NCBI GenBank assembly: GCA_009103225.1 | Contig: RHPI01000797.1 | Coordinates: 116,572-180,571 of the forward strand | Length of the DNA: 64,000 nt | Reading direction: 5' to 3' | Source of the DNA: Chlorokybus atmophyticus | Taxonomy: Eukaryota > Plantae > Mesostigma and Chlorokybus algae | Part shown: positions 39,300 to 52,226 of the stretch, piece by piece | Layout: the number at the start of each line of letters is the position of its first letter | Numbering within the stretch: the stretch's first letter is position 1 | Position numbers and translations under genes: made by a program | Notes under the pieces: model-generated | The model's input: the letters and a program-made list of their open reading frames with translations, nothing else | What the model was told of the DNA's origin: nothing | Database searches by the model: none

Positions 39300-41795
39300 G
39301 TGGGCCACAAAGTTCAGGTCCTCATGATGTATCAGTAACATCGGACCACTGCCTGTTGCATCTGCTGAAGGGTACAGGTATTTTTATACATTCTTAGATG
39401 ACTACAGCAAGGTTGCGGTGGTGGTGCCCCTGCATTTGAAGTCGAAATTGTCGGCACAGCTGAAGAAGGTACTCACCCTGATGGAGAAACAGTCAGAAGA
39501 AGAGAAGGTGGTGACAGTGCGGTCAGATAGAGGTGGAGAATACATCAGCAAGGAGCTGAAGACCTGGTTGGCCAAGCACGGGATCACGCACCAATACACG
39601 GCACCCTACACCCCGCAGCAGAACGGAGCAGCTGAGAGGTTGAACAGAACCCTGTGGAGAAAGTCAGAGCAATGCTGGTGGACGCAAAAATGCAAGACCA
39701 TAGGTGGGGAGATGCACTGCTTACGGCAGCGTATGTGCGCAATCGCTCACCGGAAGCATCTCAAGTAAATACACCGTCGGAGCTTTTCACCAAGCAAAAG
39801 CCATACGTCTATATGTTGAGGGTTTTCGGCTCTACAGCGTATGTTTTCATCCCCAAGCGACTGAAAAGAAGCTGGCGCCCAAGAGCAAAAAGGGCGTGTT
39901 TATTGGCTATGAGTTCAACTCAAAGGCCTACCGCGTGCTGCTGGAAGACAACAAGGTGGTGGTGAGTAGGGATGTGATGTTTATGGAGGAAGGCATCACA
40001 GGTGCTGTCAGAAGTTGTTGTGATTGAGAAGGAGGAGGACCCTCACATGGAGGAGTCACCAATCAACAATATTCCGCACCTTGAGGACCCAACTACAGAT
40101 ACCAACCATCAGTCTCAGCAACAAGCATCGGAGGAAGAAGCTGTGGAGGTCCAGGAGGAGCCCAGTTACATGCTAAGAAGCACGAGACCTGAGGAAGGAC
40201 GCTTCAAAAGCTTGGCAGCATTAACCAAGGAGAAGGAGCCTACCACATATGAGGAGGCAATGACAGCCCCAGACACAGAGCTATGGCAGCATGCGATGGA
40301 CGAGGAGATAGCATCCTTGCACGCCAATGGCACATGGAGGCTGATGAAGGTCCCACCTGAAGTAAAGCCCTTACCGGTGAAGTGGGTGTACAAGATCAAG
40401 CGCGATGGGCAAGGCCGCACCGAGAGATGCAAGGCACGATTGGTGGTGAAGGGGTACTTGCAACAAGAGGGCATTGATTTCAATGAGGTGTTCGCCCCTG
40501 CTAGCTAGTATAGTAAGCTTGTAACCTTTCGCACCATGTTTGCACTTGTGGTAGCTGAGGATTGGGAGCTACACCACTTGGATGTGAAGACTGCATTCCT
40601 CTGCGGAGAGTTGGAGGAGGAGATCTACATGCAGCAACCCAAGGGCTATGAGGAGGGAGGACCAGGCATGGCTTGCAGACTTGTAAAGGCATTGTACGGG
40701 CTCAAGCAAGCGCCAAGAGTATGGCACATCCGGCTCACCAAGGAGTTGGAGAAGATTGGCTCTACACCTTCTGAAGCTGATCCTGGACTCTTCACGCACA
40801 AGGAGAAGAAGATCTGGCTGTTGGTCTACGTCGACAACATCATGGCTGCTGCGAAGAAGCTGAAGGACTTGGAGGAGGTGAAGACATCTCTCAAGTCTGC
40901 CTTTCGACATAAGGGACTTGGGAGAGGCAAAGCTGTTCCTGAGCATGGTAATCGAGAGAAACAGGGACAACAAGACAGCCAAGATTAGCCAGGAGTTGAT
41001 GGCGCGAAGGATTGTGGAGAAGTTTGGAATGGGAGACGCCAAAGGCAAGGTAATACCCATGTCCGTGGGAGCCAAGCTGCAGCGAGCAATGAGTGAGACA
41101 GAGCACCTCGACAGGAGCAAGTTCCCTTATAGTGAATTTGTTGGGAGCATGCTATACATGTCCGTGAGCACTAGACCAGACAACGCACATGCTGTGGGAG
41201 TGCTTGCATGATACATGTCAGCACCCACCATGGAGCATTGGATAGCTGCAAAAGAGTTGCTGCGTTATGTGATGGGGAGCACAAGCGTGGGCATTCACTT
41301 TGGAGAGGGAGCTGGTGCTGGAGACAAGGAGTTGGAGGGCTACTGTGACGCTGACTACGCTGTGGACCTCGACAAGAGGAGGTCAACTACTGGCTACGCG
41401 TTCAAGATAAATGGTGGAATGTTATTGTTAGCTGGAACAGTAAGCTACGACCTACCGTGGCTGCCTCGACAGCAGAGGCGGAGTACATGGCTGCCTTTTC
41501 GGCAGCGAAGGAGGCATTGTGGTTGAAGAAGCTGAAAGAGGATTTATGCTACCCTGCAAGCTGCATCAGCATCAACTGCGACAACCAAGGCGCAATCAAG
41601 CTGCTAAAGCATCCGATTGCTTCAGTCCGGTCAAAGCACATTGACGTGATTCACCACTTCGTGCGCGAGCGTGTGGCAAGGAAGGAGGTGGCGTTCACGT
41701 GCTGCCACACGGAGGAGATGCTGGCTGACTGCATGACCAAGCCTTTGTTGACGAAGAAGTTCCATGACTGCACTAGAGGACTTGGAGTCTACTAA
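39300..41795 (+). mobile_element. 5'-truncated Ty1/copia element B1 (integrase-RT-RNaseH, disrupted)
   Basis: LDDYSK, RSDRGGEY, YTPQQNGAAERLNRTL, KARLVVKGYLQQEGIDFNEVFAP, HLDVKTAFL, LVYVDN, GYCDADY, KHIDVIHHFVRE; multiple stops and frameshifts. Confidence 0.93.
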
Positions 41796-41910
41796 GCTGC
41801 GTACGTGGAAGTGTTAGCATAAGCATGTCTTGCACACTGCTCAGTCCAGTTAGGTTGTTGTTGTAAATTGGCTAAGGCACGAGCCTTAGTGATACTGCTA
41901 CTAGTAGAGC

Positions 41911-44900
41911 TGTTGAAGAACTAGCATGCACATGTAGTTGAGGCAAGCATAGACACACAGAGACAGAGCTACCGCCACCAGCGCATGCACAAGTCACATC
42001 ACATTCATCTATTACAAGTTGTCCGCTGTTCTTATACCAGCCAATTACACACACATCTACGTTTGCAAGCACTGCGTAAGCTATACTCAGCCTTTTGACG
42101 CGCTCTAAGCTGCGTTATCTTTCCTACAACCAGAGCTTTTCAACAAGCTCTTACACGCCTAATATGAGTTTACGCGGAGATACGAAGCAGTTAGTAAGGC
42201 TCCGATCTGGAGTCCGGAGTCTGGTCCGACGACGCCATCTTGCTAAGTCCGGACCTAGTGCTCGTCCTTACGACCTTCTACTCCGGTGTGAAGGGTCGAT
42301 GCTGATCGTATGTAAGAATGACTCTCGACACTCCCACGCGAGCAACGTGATCTCCAACGCTTGCTCCTGTAGTCAAACACAGATGCCAAGTCCTGCGCAA
42401 CAAGTCTTGAACTTGAGCGGTGACAATGGCTTTGTCATGAAGTGCGCCAGCATGCCCTCGATGTTGCATGACTGGAACTCCACCTCTTTCCTTGTGACTC
42501 TGTCACGCACAAAGTGATGCATGACATCAATGTGCTTCGTTCTTGCCGAGGCGATAGGGTGCTTCAACAACTTGATGGCTCTTTGGTTGTCATAGTTGAT
42601 GACGATGCACGCCATGGGGTGCTCCAAGTCTGCCATGAGCTTACGAAGCCATAGTGCCTCCTTCACTGCTGCTGCCATGTACTCAGCCTCTGATGTAGAT
42701 GCTGCTGTTGTTGGCTGCAACCTGTTGTTCCAGCTCACCATGCCTCCGTTCAGCTTGAAGACGTAGCCTGTAGTGGACCTCCTGCTGTCGAGGTCACCAG
42801 TAAAGTCCGAGTCGCAGTAGCTCTCCAACTCAGTGCTCCCGCTCCCAAACTTGATGCCAAGTGTTGCGCTCCCAGCAACATAGCGTAGTACTCCCTTTGC
42901 TGCTCTCCAGTGCTCCATGCTCGGTGCAGACATGTAGCGAGCAAGTACTCCCACAGCATGTGCAAGATCGAGACGTGTGCACACTGCCAGATTGAGCATG
43001 CTGCCTACCAGCTCACTATATGGATACTGAGCCTTGTCGAGTATCTCCTCATCCTTTGCCTTGATGAGGGCAGTGCCAAGTGCCAAAGGTGTGGTCTTGG
43101 TCTTTGCATCAGTGAGCCCGAACATGGTGACGGGTTCTCACCATTTGCTCGAGACTGATCTTGATTGTGCGAGCAGCCCTATCGCGCTCAATCATCATGC
43201 CAAGGAACCACTTGGCCTCTCCAAGAAATCACGAACTGAGAATGCTGTATGGCAAGTTTCGTCTCCTGCAGGTGGTGCACTGGCCTGGCGGTGATGAGAA
43301 TATCACCCACATACACGAGCAGTCAGACCTTGTTGTCTACATGGAAGAAGAGCCCAGGGTCTGCATATGATGCGGTGAAGCCAAGTGCCTCCAGCTCCTT
43401 CGTGAGCTTCATGTGCCACATACGCGGTGCCTGTCGCATCCCGTACAGTGCCTTGATCAGCTTGCACGCTGTGCCTCTCTCCCCCTCTTCAAATCCAGGT
43501 GGTTGCTCAGTAAAGATCTCCTCCTCCAGCTCTCTGTGGAGGAAGGCGGTGTTCATGTCGAGGTGATGCAGCTTTAGGTCGTTCGCAGCAACCACAGCTA
43601 GCAGGGCACGGAAGGTGGTATGCTTACTTGCAGGTGCAAACACTTCGTTGAAGTCCACACCTTCCTGCTGCAAGAAGCCCTTTGCCACCAGTCTTGCCTT
43701 GTAGCGCTCAATGTTGCCCTGAACATCACGCTTCACCGTGAAGAACCCACTTCACTGGAATGGTCTTCACTCCTTGCGGTAACTGCTCCAGTGACCAAGT
43801 GTTGTTGGCATGGAGTGACGCAATCTCCTCGTCCATAGCACGCTGCCATTGTTTTGCATCTGGTGCTAACAATGCCTCCTCGTAGGTGCTTGGCTCCTCA
43901 TTGTGCACACTGGCAACGTGTGCCTTGTGTAAGAAGTCAGGTGCCTTTCTCTCCCTCACAAGATATCTCCGAGCTGCGTGCTCCTGCTGCAGGTGCGGCT
44001 CCTCCTGGCCTGCTACAGCTGATTCATGCTCACCCTTATTGTTGATGATGGCCTTGTCTGTCTCCACTGTCTCAGGATGCTCTTTTGGCTGTGCTTCATC
44101 TTTAGGATAGAAGCCTGCTTCTGGTTGTGATAATCCCTCATGAAAAACCACCTCTCTGCTCACGATGATCTTCTGAGTGTCCTCAAGCAAGATCCTATAA
44201 GCCTTGGAACCCGGTTCATAGCCAACGAAGATGCCCTTCTTGCTGACCGGCTCCAGCTTGTGTTTAAGCTGTTTAGGCATTACGTCGCAAACTGTTTCCC
44301 CTGCTGGCCGACTGATTGTTTGCAACCGCCGTGCACCTGAGGATACTCATTTTGATTGTCGACCTTCAGTCTACCGGCGATCTCGATACAGGGACCTGAG
44401 CATAACGGCCGTCACCATTAGTTGGCGGCCGTCTGCATAAAGGGACTGACCCCAATTAATAGGTATCTGTCAGGTACTCAACAGTTAAGCGAAGGGGACT
44501 TGACCTACCTAATAGGTAACTGACCGGTACCTATCAGTTAGGTACCGGCGACTGTACGCTAACTGAGCGAAATTGTCGGGCACCTTAAGGTACATACCGT
44601 TAATGTGTACCTTCAAAGGTACCTTCTGGTACCGCTCAGTCATGATTAGGTGTCAGACGTGATTATCGTCATCAGCTGTGCAAGAATATGTGACAAATAA
44701 TAAACAACAAAATAGATAAATAAATTACGTGTAATATATTGAGCTACTACTACTACTGCTCGTACAATTAAACTACCACTACTGCTACCACTACCACTAC
44801 TGCTACTGCTACCTTAAGTACTACTGCTAGTACTACCCTTGTACTGAGCTGCGGCTCCTACACCGCCCGCTCCAGCTCCGCCGCCGCCGTTCCTTCTCCG

Positions 44901-47900
44901 CCACCGCTACCGCCGCCTGGCCTGGTTTGGCCTAGCCTGGCCTGGCCTGGCCGCCTAAGGCATGGAGGGTGGTTAGATGGCATGCGGTGTTGCGCGTAGT
45001 ACAACGTCAGACATCAACCAAGCTCACCTACTGTTAGCCGTTGCCGCCGTTGCCGCCGCCGCCATTACCGCCGCCGCTGCCCACAATGCTCTGTTTAACT
45101 TGAGGCCGTTGAGCGTTTGAATAACTTGGGCAGCCCAAGTTATTCAAACGCGTTGTTGAAATGTGACTCGCAACGGTATTATCGTATTGTTATAATTGTA
45201 CGAAAGCACCATTGTCGCAATGGCACTATCGTACCATCAATGGTACGATAGTGCCATTGCGACAATGGCACTGTTCGTACCATCAACATAGTACAACGGC
45301 TGCATTGTACCAGCGTCTCGACTTGCCGGCCTTTAGGGACCGGCGGTCACTTGCTTATCATACTTGACACACAATAAGTAGGTCGCCGCCGCGTTAAGTG
45401 CACGACCGGCGATCGACCGTCACTTAATAAATGTAGTAAGGTCACCTGATAGGGACTAACGGTGACTGGCTTGCCAAAGTAGGCAGGCCGTCGCGCATAC
45501 TTTTTGACAGTTAAGGTACGACCGACGGTTGGCCGTCACTGTATGTGACCAAAACGTGACTTATCTGCTATACAGATAGGTCACCATCGCAAATGGAACG
45601 ACCGACGATCGGCCGTCACCTTACATTGCGGTGTTGCCGTTTCGATTTATGTTGCTTAATAGTAACGGCCGTTCTAAAAAGTCCATTTATGGACCAATCC
45701 GTTACGTCAGGTAGGGTCAGGCACCCGTCAGTCCCTCAGTCCCTTATCAGTCACCGTGTAATATTTGCGACATAGTGCATATGCCGTGCATCCAAACACA
45801 CGCATACCACTCACATCTGATGTCGTTCCATGGAGGTGCTCCCACGGAGTCTTCTGCTTTGAGCTCACCAGAGACCTGTTGCGGATGTAGTTAGCAGTGA
45901 GTACCGCCTCCTTCCACATACTGTCTTCCATTTTGGTGTCATTGAGCATGGCTCGAACACGCTCCAAGAGTGTCCTGCTGAGGCGTTCAGCTGCTCCATT
46001 CTGCTGCGGGGTGTAGGGTGCCGTTGTCTCGTGGCGTATGCCATTGCTGGCGAAGAACTCCTTCAACTCCTTGTTAATGTACTCCCCTCCTCGGTCACTC
46101 CTCATTGCCTTCATCTTGTTGCCAGACTGGGTCTCCAACAAGGCCACAACTGTGCGCACAGCTCCAGCAACTTCTGACTTCAGTGTTAATGGAAAGATGA
46201 CGGATAGCTTGCTGTAGTCGTCGAGGAATGTAGCAAAGTACCTGACCCCTCCCTTTGCCACAATGCGCATAGGGCCACAAACATCCATGTGCACAAGCTC
46301 GCAAGGATGCTGACTGCTGGAAGAGAATAATGGGAATGGCATAGCATGCTGCTTTGCAACCAGGCATGGTTCACAAAGTGCACCTGATGCATTCTTGAGT
46401 TCTTCTGTGCTGCGATGGATGCCCTTGACCATCTTCTCAGCGACAAGGCGAGTGAGGTTGACGTAGCTGAGATGCCCGAACCGTTGATGCCACAATGTTG
46501 GCGACTCCTTGTCCTTCACCACCATGGCTTGAATGTCAATGTTCTGAGGGTGCTGCTCCACGTGGTAGAGCCCTCATGGATCAACAGTTTCAACCATGTG
46601 CACGACCCCATCAAGGATGACTGTGCAGCCACCCTTCCGGAACACTATCTCTGCTCCCAAGCGCTCAGCAACTCTTACAGAGAACAGACTCGCAACAGCT
46701 TTTGGAATATGCAAAACGTCTCGTAACAACACCTCTCGCTATGTGTTACCAACCCTGCACAGAAGTCGCACATTGCCAACTCCCTCAGCCTCCAGTACTT
46801 CACCACCGAAGCCCCCCATCTTGATTGTGGACGTCAGCTTCCTGTAGCCCTCCATCACCTCCTTGTTTGGTGTGAAATGACGATCGCAGCCAGAGTCCAC
46901 CACCCAGAAAGCTGCGCCCGCCCTCGAACTGGATGCAGTGAAGGCGACATGTTTCTCCTTGTGTTGGTGCTCGTTGCCGCTGTTGCTGGTGCTTGGTCTA
47001 GGTTGCCCCTGTTGTTTCTTCCTACAGTCCTTCACAATGTGCCCCTTCCAACCACACCAGTGGCATGTGAGGTCTTTGTATCGAGGATTGCCTGGCTTGT
47101 TGCCCTTGTACTTCTCTTCATAGTTGCTCCTCTTTGCGTGCTTGCCGGTGTAGAAGGCGACGGCATCCGCTTGCTCGTCCTTCTTCACAACCCTCTGCTC
47201 CACGGTGAGCAGCTTCGGTAGCACATCGTCCAACGTCTACTCCGATGATGACGTCTCCAGCAGGGTTGCGACGACCTCGTACTCTGCTGGTAGCCCTGCA
47301 ACAATAGCCAGCACTACCTCCGTCTCCCCCATGTTGTGGCCGACGTTGATGAGGTCTGCCCATAGCTCTCTTGCGCGTGCAACATACTTCGTGATAGGTT
47401 TTGCTGCCTCCTTCCTGAGTGCGCTGAGCTGCTTGCGTAGATGCAACTTTCTGGCATTGTTCTTGGCTCTGAAAACAGCTGATAGCTTTTCCCAAGCTTG
47501 TCTATCATCTTCACATGCAGTGAGCATGGGAAAGTGATGCCGTTTGCAATTCAACACAAGCAAAGAGTGTACTTCTGCTGAATGCTCTGACCACACAGTG
47601 TTCGCTCCTGGTGTTGGTGGTGGTGCCTTCGGATCATCATACTACCACACCTTCTTGTGGATGAGCAAGGCCTTCATCTCCACGTACCATGTGTTGTAGT
47701 TGTTGGAGTCCAGCTTTGCAGCAATCTGCCCCTTGTCGTAGGTCGCTTCCATTTTTGTCGTGCCTGCCTTCACTTGCAGTTGACACCCAAGGCTCTGCTA
47801 CCAACAAGCTACCGTAGTGTAGAACTACCATGCACACAAGCTAGTTTCACACTCCTCAAGCGTAGTGTGGGCCCATAACCTGTTGAAGAACTAGCATGCA

Positions 47901-48299
47901 CATGTAGTTGAGGCAAGCATAGACACACAGAGACAGAGCTACCGCCACCAGAGCATACACAAGTCACATCACATTCATCTATTACAAGTTGTCCGCTGGT
48001 TCTTATCAGCCAGTTACACACACGTCTACGTTTGCAAGCACTGCGTAAGCTATACTTAGCTTTTTTACGCGCTCTAAGCGACATTGTCTTTCTTACAACC
48101 AGAGCTTTTCAACAAACTCTCACACGCCTAATATGAGTTTACGCGGAGATACGAAGCAGGTAGTAAGGCTCCAGTCTGGAGTCCGAAGTCTGGTCCGACG
48201 ACGCCATCTTACTAAGTCCGGACCTAGTGCTCGTCCTTACGACCTTCTACTCCTGTGTGGAGGGTCGATGCTGATCGTATGTAGGAATGACTCTCAACA
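41911..48299 (-). mobile_element. Full-length Ty1/copia element B2 (gag-PR-IN-RT-RH, disrupted); LTRs at 41911-42330 and 47881-48299
   Basis: Both LTRs TG...CA; exact TSD AGAGC at 41906-41910 and 48300-48304; PBS GGTTATGGGCCCAC; PPT-like GCGTGGGAG; gag from ATG 47752, CHWCGWKGH knuckle, WVVDSGC protease, LWHQRFGH, HMDVCGP, YVGD in RT. Confidence 0.95.
44283..45772. mobile_element. 1490-bp non-autonomous DNA element inserted in the B2 integrase; short TIRs (C/T)GTCGCAAA and TA TSD; superfamily unassigned
   Basis: Removing the element and one TA restores the copia frame GCTAYALMPKQLKHKL; dense subterminal repeats (GGGACTGA, CGACCG, GGTCAC); no long ORF. Confidence 0.8.
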
Positions 48300-48716
48300 A
48301 GAGCTGATATTGATCAGTCATGAGTCTGTAGCAGGTATCGAGTCCACTTCGCGGAGTATGACCAAGCAAGAGACTCCGGACTTGCTCATGAGGCTGGCGC
48401 AGCCTGACGCAGCAAACGCCTTGGGAGAACGGCAAAAACTCCGCGTATACTTAGCCTTAGGAGGCGTGGCTTAGCATGTTGGAAAGCTTTGGCTGTAAGC
48501 TAGACAACCAAGCTTACATATTGACAATCCGCTGAGTATAGTTCACGCGGTGCTTGCTAAAGTAGACATGTGTAGTCTGGCTGGTATAAAGGCCAACAGA
48601 ATTAACATGTTGTTACTTCGGGTGAAACCCCTTTGCAAGCCTTGTGTGCACGCCTTGTGTGTATGTTTTAGTGCAGGTGTATGCTGTAGTTGGCCAGCAC
48701 TAGCTCAGTGTTTAAC

Positions 48717-51700
48717 CCCCAGCGGTAGAAAAGACCGGAGATGGGTGCAAGGTGGCACTGCGTGTGTTCAGACTGGCGTGTACCATGTCACACTGTTGGC
48801 AGTGACTGACAAACCCCTGCACCTGTTTGGACAGCTTATACCACCAATATTGCGCCCTTACCAGGCAGACGGTACGCTTGAGACCGAAGTGTCTAAGCTC
48901 AGTGTGGAGGGCAGCGATGATGCCCTCGCGTGTGGCTGGTGTCGGCACCTTCTTGTTTTCGTCATAGACGCGGCGATACACCTTGTCATTCGCCCACCGA
49001 TAACGGCGGGTGCGTTGACTGACAATCTTTCTTTCGTGCACTCATGCCTGAGGGAAGCTGGCCACTTTGCAGGAAGGAGAGCGATAGCTTGTCCAGCCAT
49101 ATGTCCTGCCTGATGTCGGTGGGTGCCAGCTCAGTGTCGTCGACTTCAATGTCGACCGCGTGGACGTCCCCAAGGGGTGCGGCCACTGTGGGGCCGGTGG
49201 TCTCAAGGGTAGGAATCTCTTCTGCCGTTGCGGTGGTAGTGGTGCTGATTTTGCGCCCTGTAATGTAATGCGGCAACAGCAAACATGGCCGCCACGGTGG
49301 GGGCTGCTGCTGTAGGGCCGAGCTCGTGCCGAGCTCCGGTTGCATCGTTGATGCTGAGGTGAGGGTTGCGACTGAGGCCATTGGCGTCTTTGTTGGTGAG
49401 GCCAGCGCGGTGGTCGATCTCAAAGTCATACTCCTGCAACAACAGGGCCCAGCGAGCAAGTTTCCCTGTTGGATGTTGGTTGCTCATTAACCACTTGAGT
49501 GGCTGATGATCGGGGATAAGCTGGAATTGTCGACCAAAGAGGAAAAGTCCAAAAAGGGTAATAGCCCACACTGCAGCGCGGCACTCCCCCTCGTAGCTGC
49601 TGTAGTTGGCCTCAGCGCTGTTGTTGCTTCGGCTGGCGTACAACACCACCCGCTCCTTCATATTCTCATCGTGCTGTACCACCATAGCCCCCATCCCAAG
49701 CTTGCTCCGGTCGGTGTGGAGGATGAAGGGCTTGGTGTAGTCAGGGCGTTGCAGGATGGGAGCGGTGGTGAGCCTGCCCTTTAGCTCCTCCAAAGCCTGC
49801 TGCTGTGGCTCCTTCCACGCGAAGTCCACTTCCTTCTTTAGAAGCTCGTTGAGGGGCCACGCAATCTTTGCTAAGTTACTCACGAACCGGCGATAGTGGT
49901 TGGCAAGGCCCAAAAAGCCGCGAAGACGCGTAAGGTCCGTTGGAGCAGGGATAAATGCCAGGGCCTCCACCTTCGCCTTCTGTACGTACACACCGAGGGG
50001 CACAATTGTGTGCCCTAGGTAGGGTACCTTGCGAGTGAAGAAGGTGCACTTGTCGGGGTGCACCGTCATCCCCACCCCCTTGAGTCTCTCCAGCACCTCC
50101 TCAATGTGCTGTAGGTGCTCTTCGTTGCGGCGGCTGACGATGAGGATGTCGTCAACGTAGCATCGCGCGAAGTTCAGCTCCTTCAAGGCTTTGTCCATGA
50201 TGCGCTGGAATTTGGCAGGAACATTCTTCAGTCCGAAGGGCATGACCTTCCACTGGTACAACTATCGGTTGCCCCAAAAAGAGGTTTTGTGCTTGTTCTC
50301 CTCCTTGATGGCGATATGGTTGTACCCTTGTCGCATGTCCAGGATGCTGAAGACGGTACAGTCTCCTACATCATTAAAGATACCATCTGCAGTAGACATT
50401 GGATACCTGACTTGTTGTTGAGGGGGCGATAGTCGCCGCACATACGCCGGTCTGTCCAGTTGCCTGCTGAATGCTTCTGCAGGGGCATGACGGTCGCAGC
50501 CGCAAAGTCCGTTGTGGACTCCTCAATCAGGCCCGCATCTAGCAGAGCCTTGTACCTCTGCTCCACCAAGTCTTCTTTCAACTTGGAGAGTCGACTGTTG
50601 TTGAAACACCGATTCGGTGTCCACCAAATCGATGTCCATCTGATAAACTGAGCAAACGCCCAATTCCTTCCTTCACATTAAAGCTGAACTGACTCCTCCA
50701 CTTGTTGAGGAAAGCCTCAAGTTGTTATCGCGTCTGGACTGGAGTCAGTGATCCAATGGCATGGGATCAAGAGGTAGCGTTGGCGACTACTGGGATGTCC
50801 TCCACAGTGACTGCTGCCAGCTCCTTCATATGGGCGATTTCGAGGGCGGTGTGTGCCGCTTTGGTCTCTCGCACGCGATTGGCCCACCCCCCCGCCAGGT
50901 ATTACGAGTTCCTAAAAAGACACATGGCGGTCTTGGAGAGCAAAGCATATTTTAAACAACCATGCCATGCTGAATCTGGTCCATGGCGCGTCTTAACAGC
51001 TGACATAGCTGATTTTCGGTCAGCGTGGAACCTGTGATATTGCCTGGAGAGAATCCCATGGCGCGTTAGCACTCACGTACATTGGGTTCCTCCAGTCGGC
51101 TTGTGTTGAAATCCAACACCATGCCTTCGCTTTTGTTGCGGAAGGTGTATGATCCTGAGTAAGACACCAGAGTAGAGAGCGCACGACGTTGTTGACCAGG
51201 CTGATTGCACTGGTAAAAGTGCTGGTCATCGTGTCGTGTGACTGGTTGTGCTGTGCGCCAAGGGTCCAAGATAGTGTCGACGGTGAGATCGCATGTATGA
51301 CTGCTGTACAAATATTCGGCAGCAAAGAGATCCTCAATTGTAGCCAGGTTGGTCCACTTGGCGCGGACGCGATGAGCATGGGAGCCATGACGCGATGCGT
51401 TAGTTTTGCGAGGGTGTCACAGTAAAGTACACACCTGTTGGAAGCTGTTGGCTACGTGATTGCGCTTATCGTCCTCGGAGTGCACATCCTCGACGATGTA
51501 TCCTGGAGGCTTGGACAGCTGGTTGCTCTGCAGCATTCTGATGATACGCATCAGTTCCCAGAACAGTCGCGAGCGAGGATCAGCGAGACCTTGGCCTCTG
51601 CCTGCTCTGGAGTGTCCTTGACACTCCCATCCTGCTATCAGCAAGTCGATGTTGCCCACCGCCAGGAGATGATCCGCAGTGATTAAACGGATGTCCTGTG

Positions 51701-52226
51701 GCAGTGCCTTTAGACTGCCTTGCAGTGCCGATAGCGGTAGTCGCTGCGGATAGCATTTGTGTAGGTGGCGCAGGTGGTAGCTCAGAGCAAGCTGTGCATG
51801 TGGATCAGGGTCACAGTGGAAGTACTTGGTGACCGTCGCGCCGGTGTTGAGGACAGCGGCAAGGCCACTACTTATATCTCCAAATAGTTCCAATACGGTG
51901 ATGCCTTGTTGTTGACGGAATTTGTGCAACTCCACTACTCCAGTGGCCACTTGGTGTTGCTCCTGGACCGCAGCTTGGTCTTTGTAGATAGGGAACCGTG
52001 AAGTGAGCCGTGGTCTGGTCAGTAGTAGATGTGCGACCACCTGTGCGCGCTAGTGGCATTCTGCTGGTTTCCGTTGAGCCACTTCTTCAGTGGCATCTTC
52101 ATGAGACTCGTCGTATGGGATAGGAAAGTCTTGATTAGAGTTATGGGTGACCACCACATCTGATCTGTCAGTGGTTGTTGAAAGCGACCTGTGGGTGGCT
52201 GTTGCAGCTGACCTGTTAGTGGTTGT
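48717..52226 (-). mobile_element. Ty3/Gypsy pol, 3' part: C5 DNA methyltransferase, RT, RNase H and integrase Zn-finger (truncated by copia B1)
   Basis: RT DRRMCGDYRPLN, LDMRQGYNHI, MPFGLKNVPAKFQR, YVDDILI; RNase H LHTDRS, YSSYEGECRAAV, DHQPLKWL; integrase H..HFG...YWW...C..C; DNMT motifs described in the separate feature. Confidence 0.93.
50900..51960 (-). pseudogene. C5 cytosine DNA methyltransferase domain inside the Gypsy polyprotein (a few stops)
   Basis: Motif I VLELFGDISSG; IV DLLIAGWECQGHSRAG; RSRLFWEL; VI YIVEDV; VIII GSHAHRVRAKWTNL (Dnmt3-like AHR.R..W.NL); IX/X EEPNVREC*RAMGF...LL.RAMD. Confidence 0.88.

Larger units (their letters stand above)
41812..48716 (+). mobile_element. 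3' LTR of copia B1, split into 41812-41910 and about 48305-48716 by copia B2
   Basis: Begins TGTTAGCA after a purine-rich tract, resumes after the AGAGC TSD, and shares motifs with the other LTRs (ggtgcttgc, gactccggact, ttggaaagct). The right end is approximate. Confidence 0.7.

Noticed and set aside
44278-45777. Apparent CACTA termini (CATTA.../...TAGTG) for the insertion in copia B2
   Set aside because: No TSD under this reading and it deletes host codons; the TA-TSD boundaries (44283-45772) restore the integrase frame exactly
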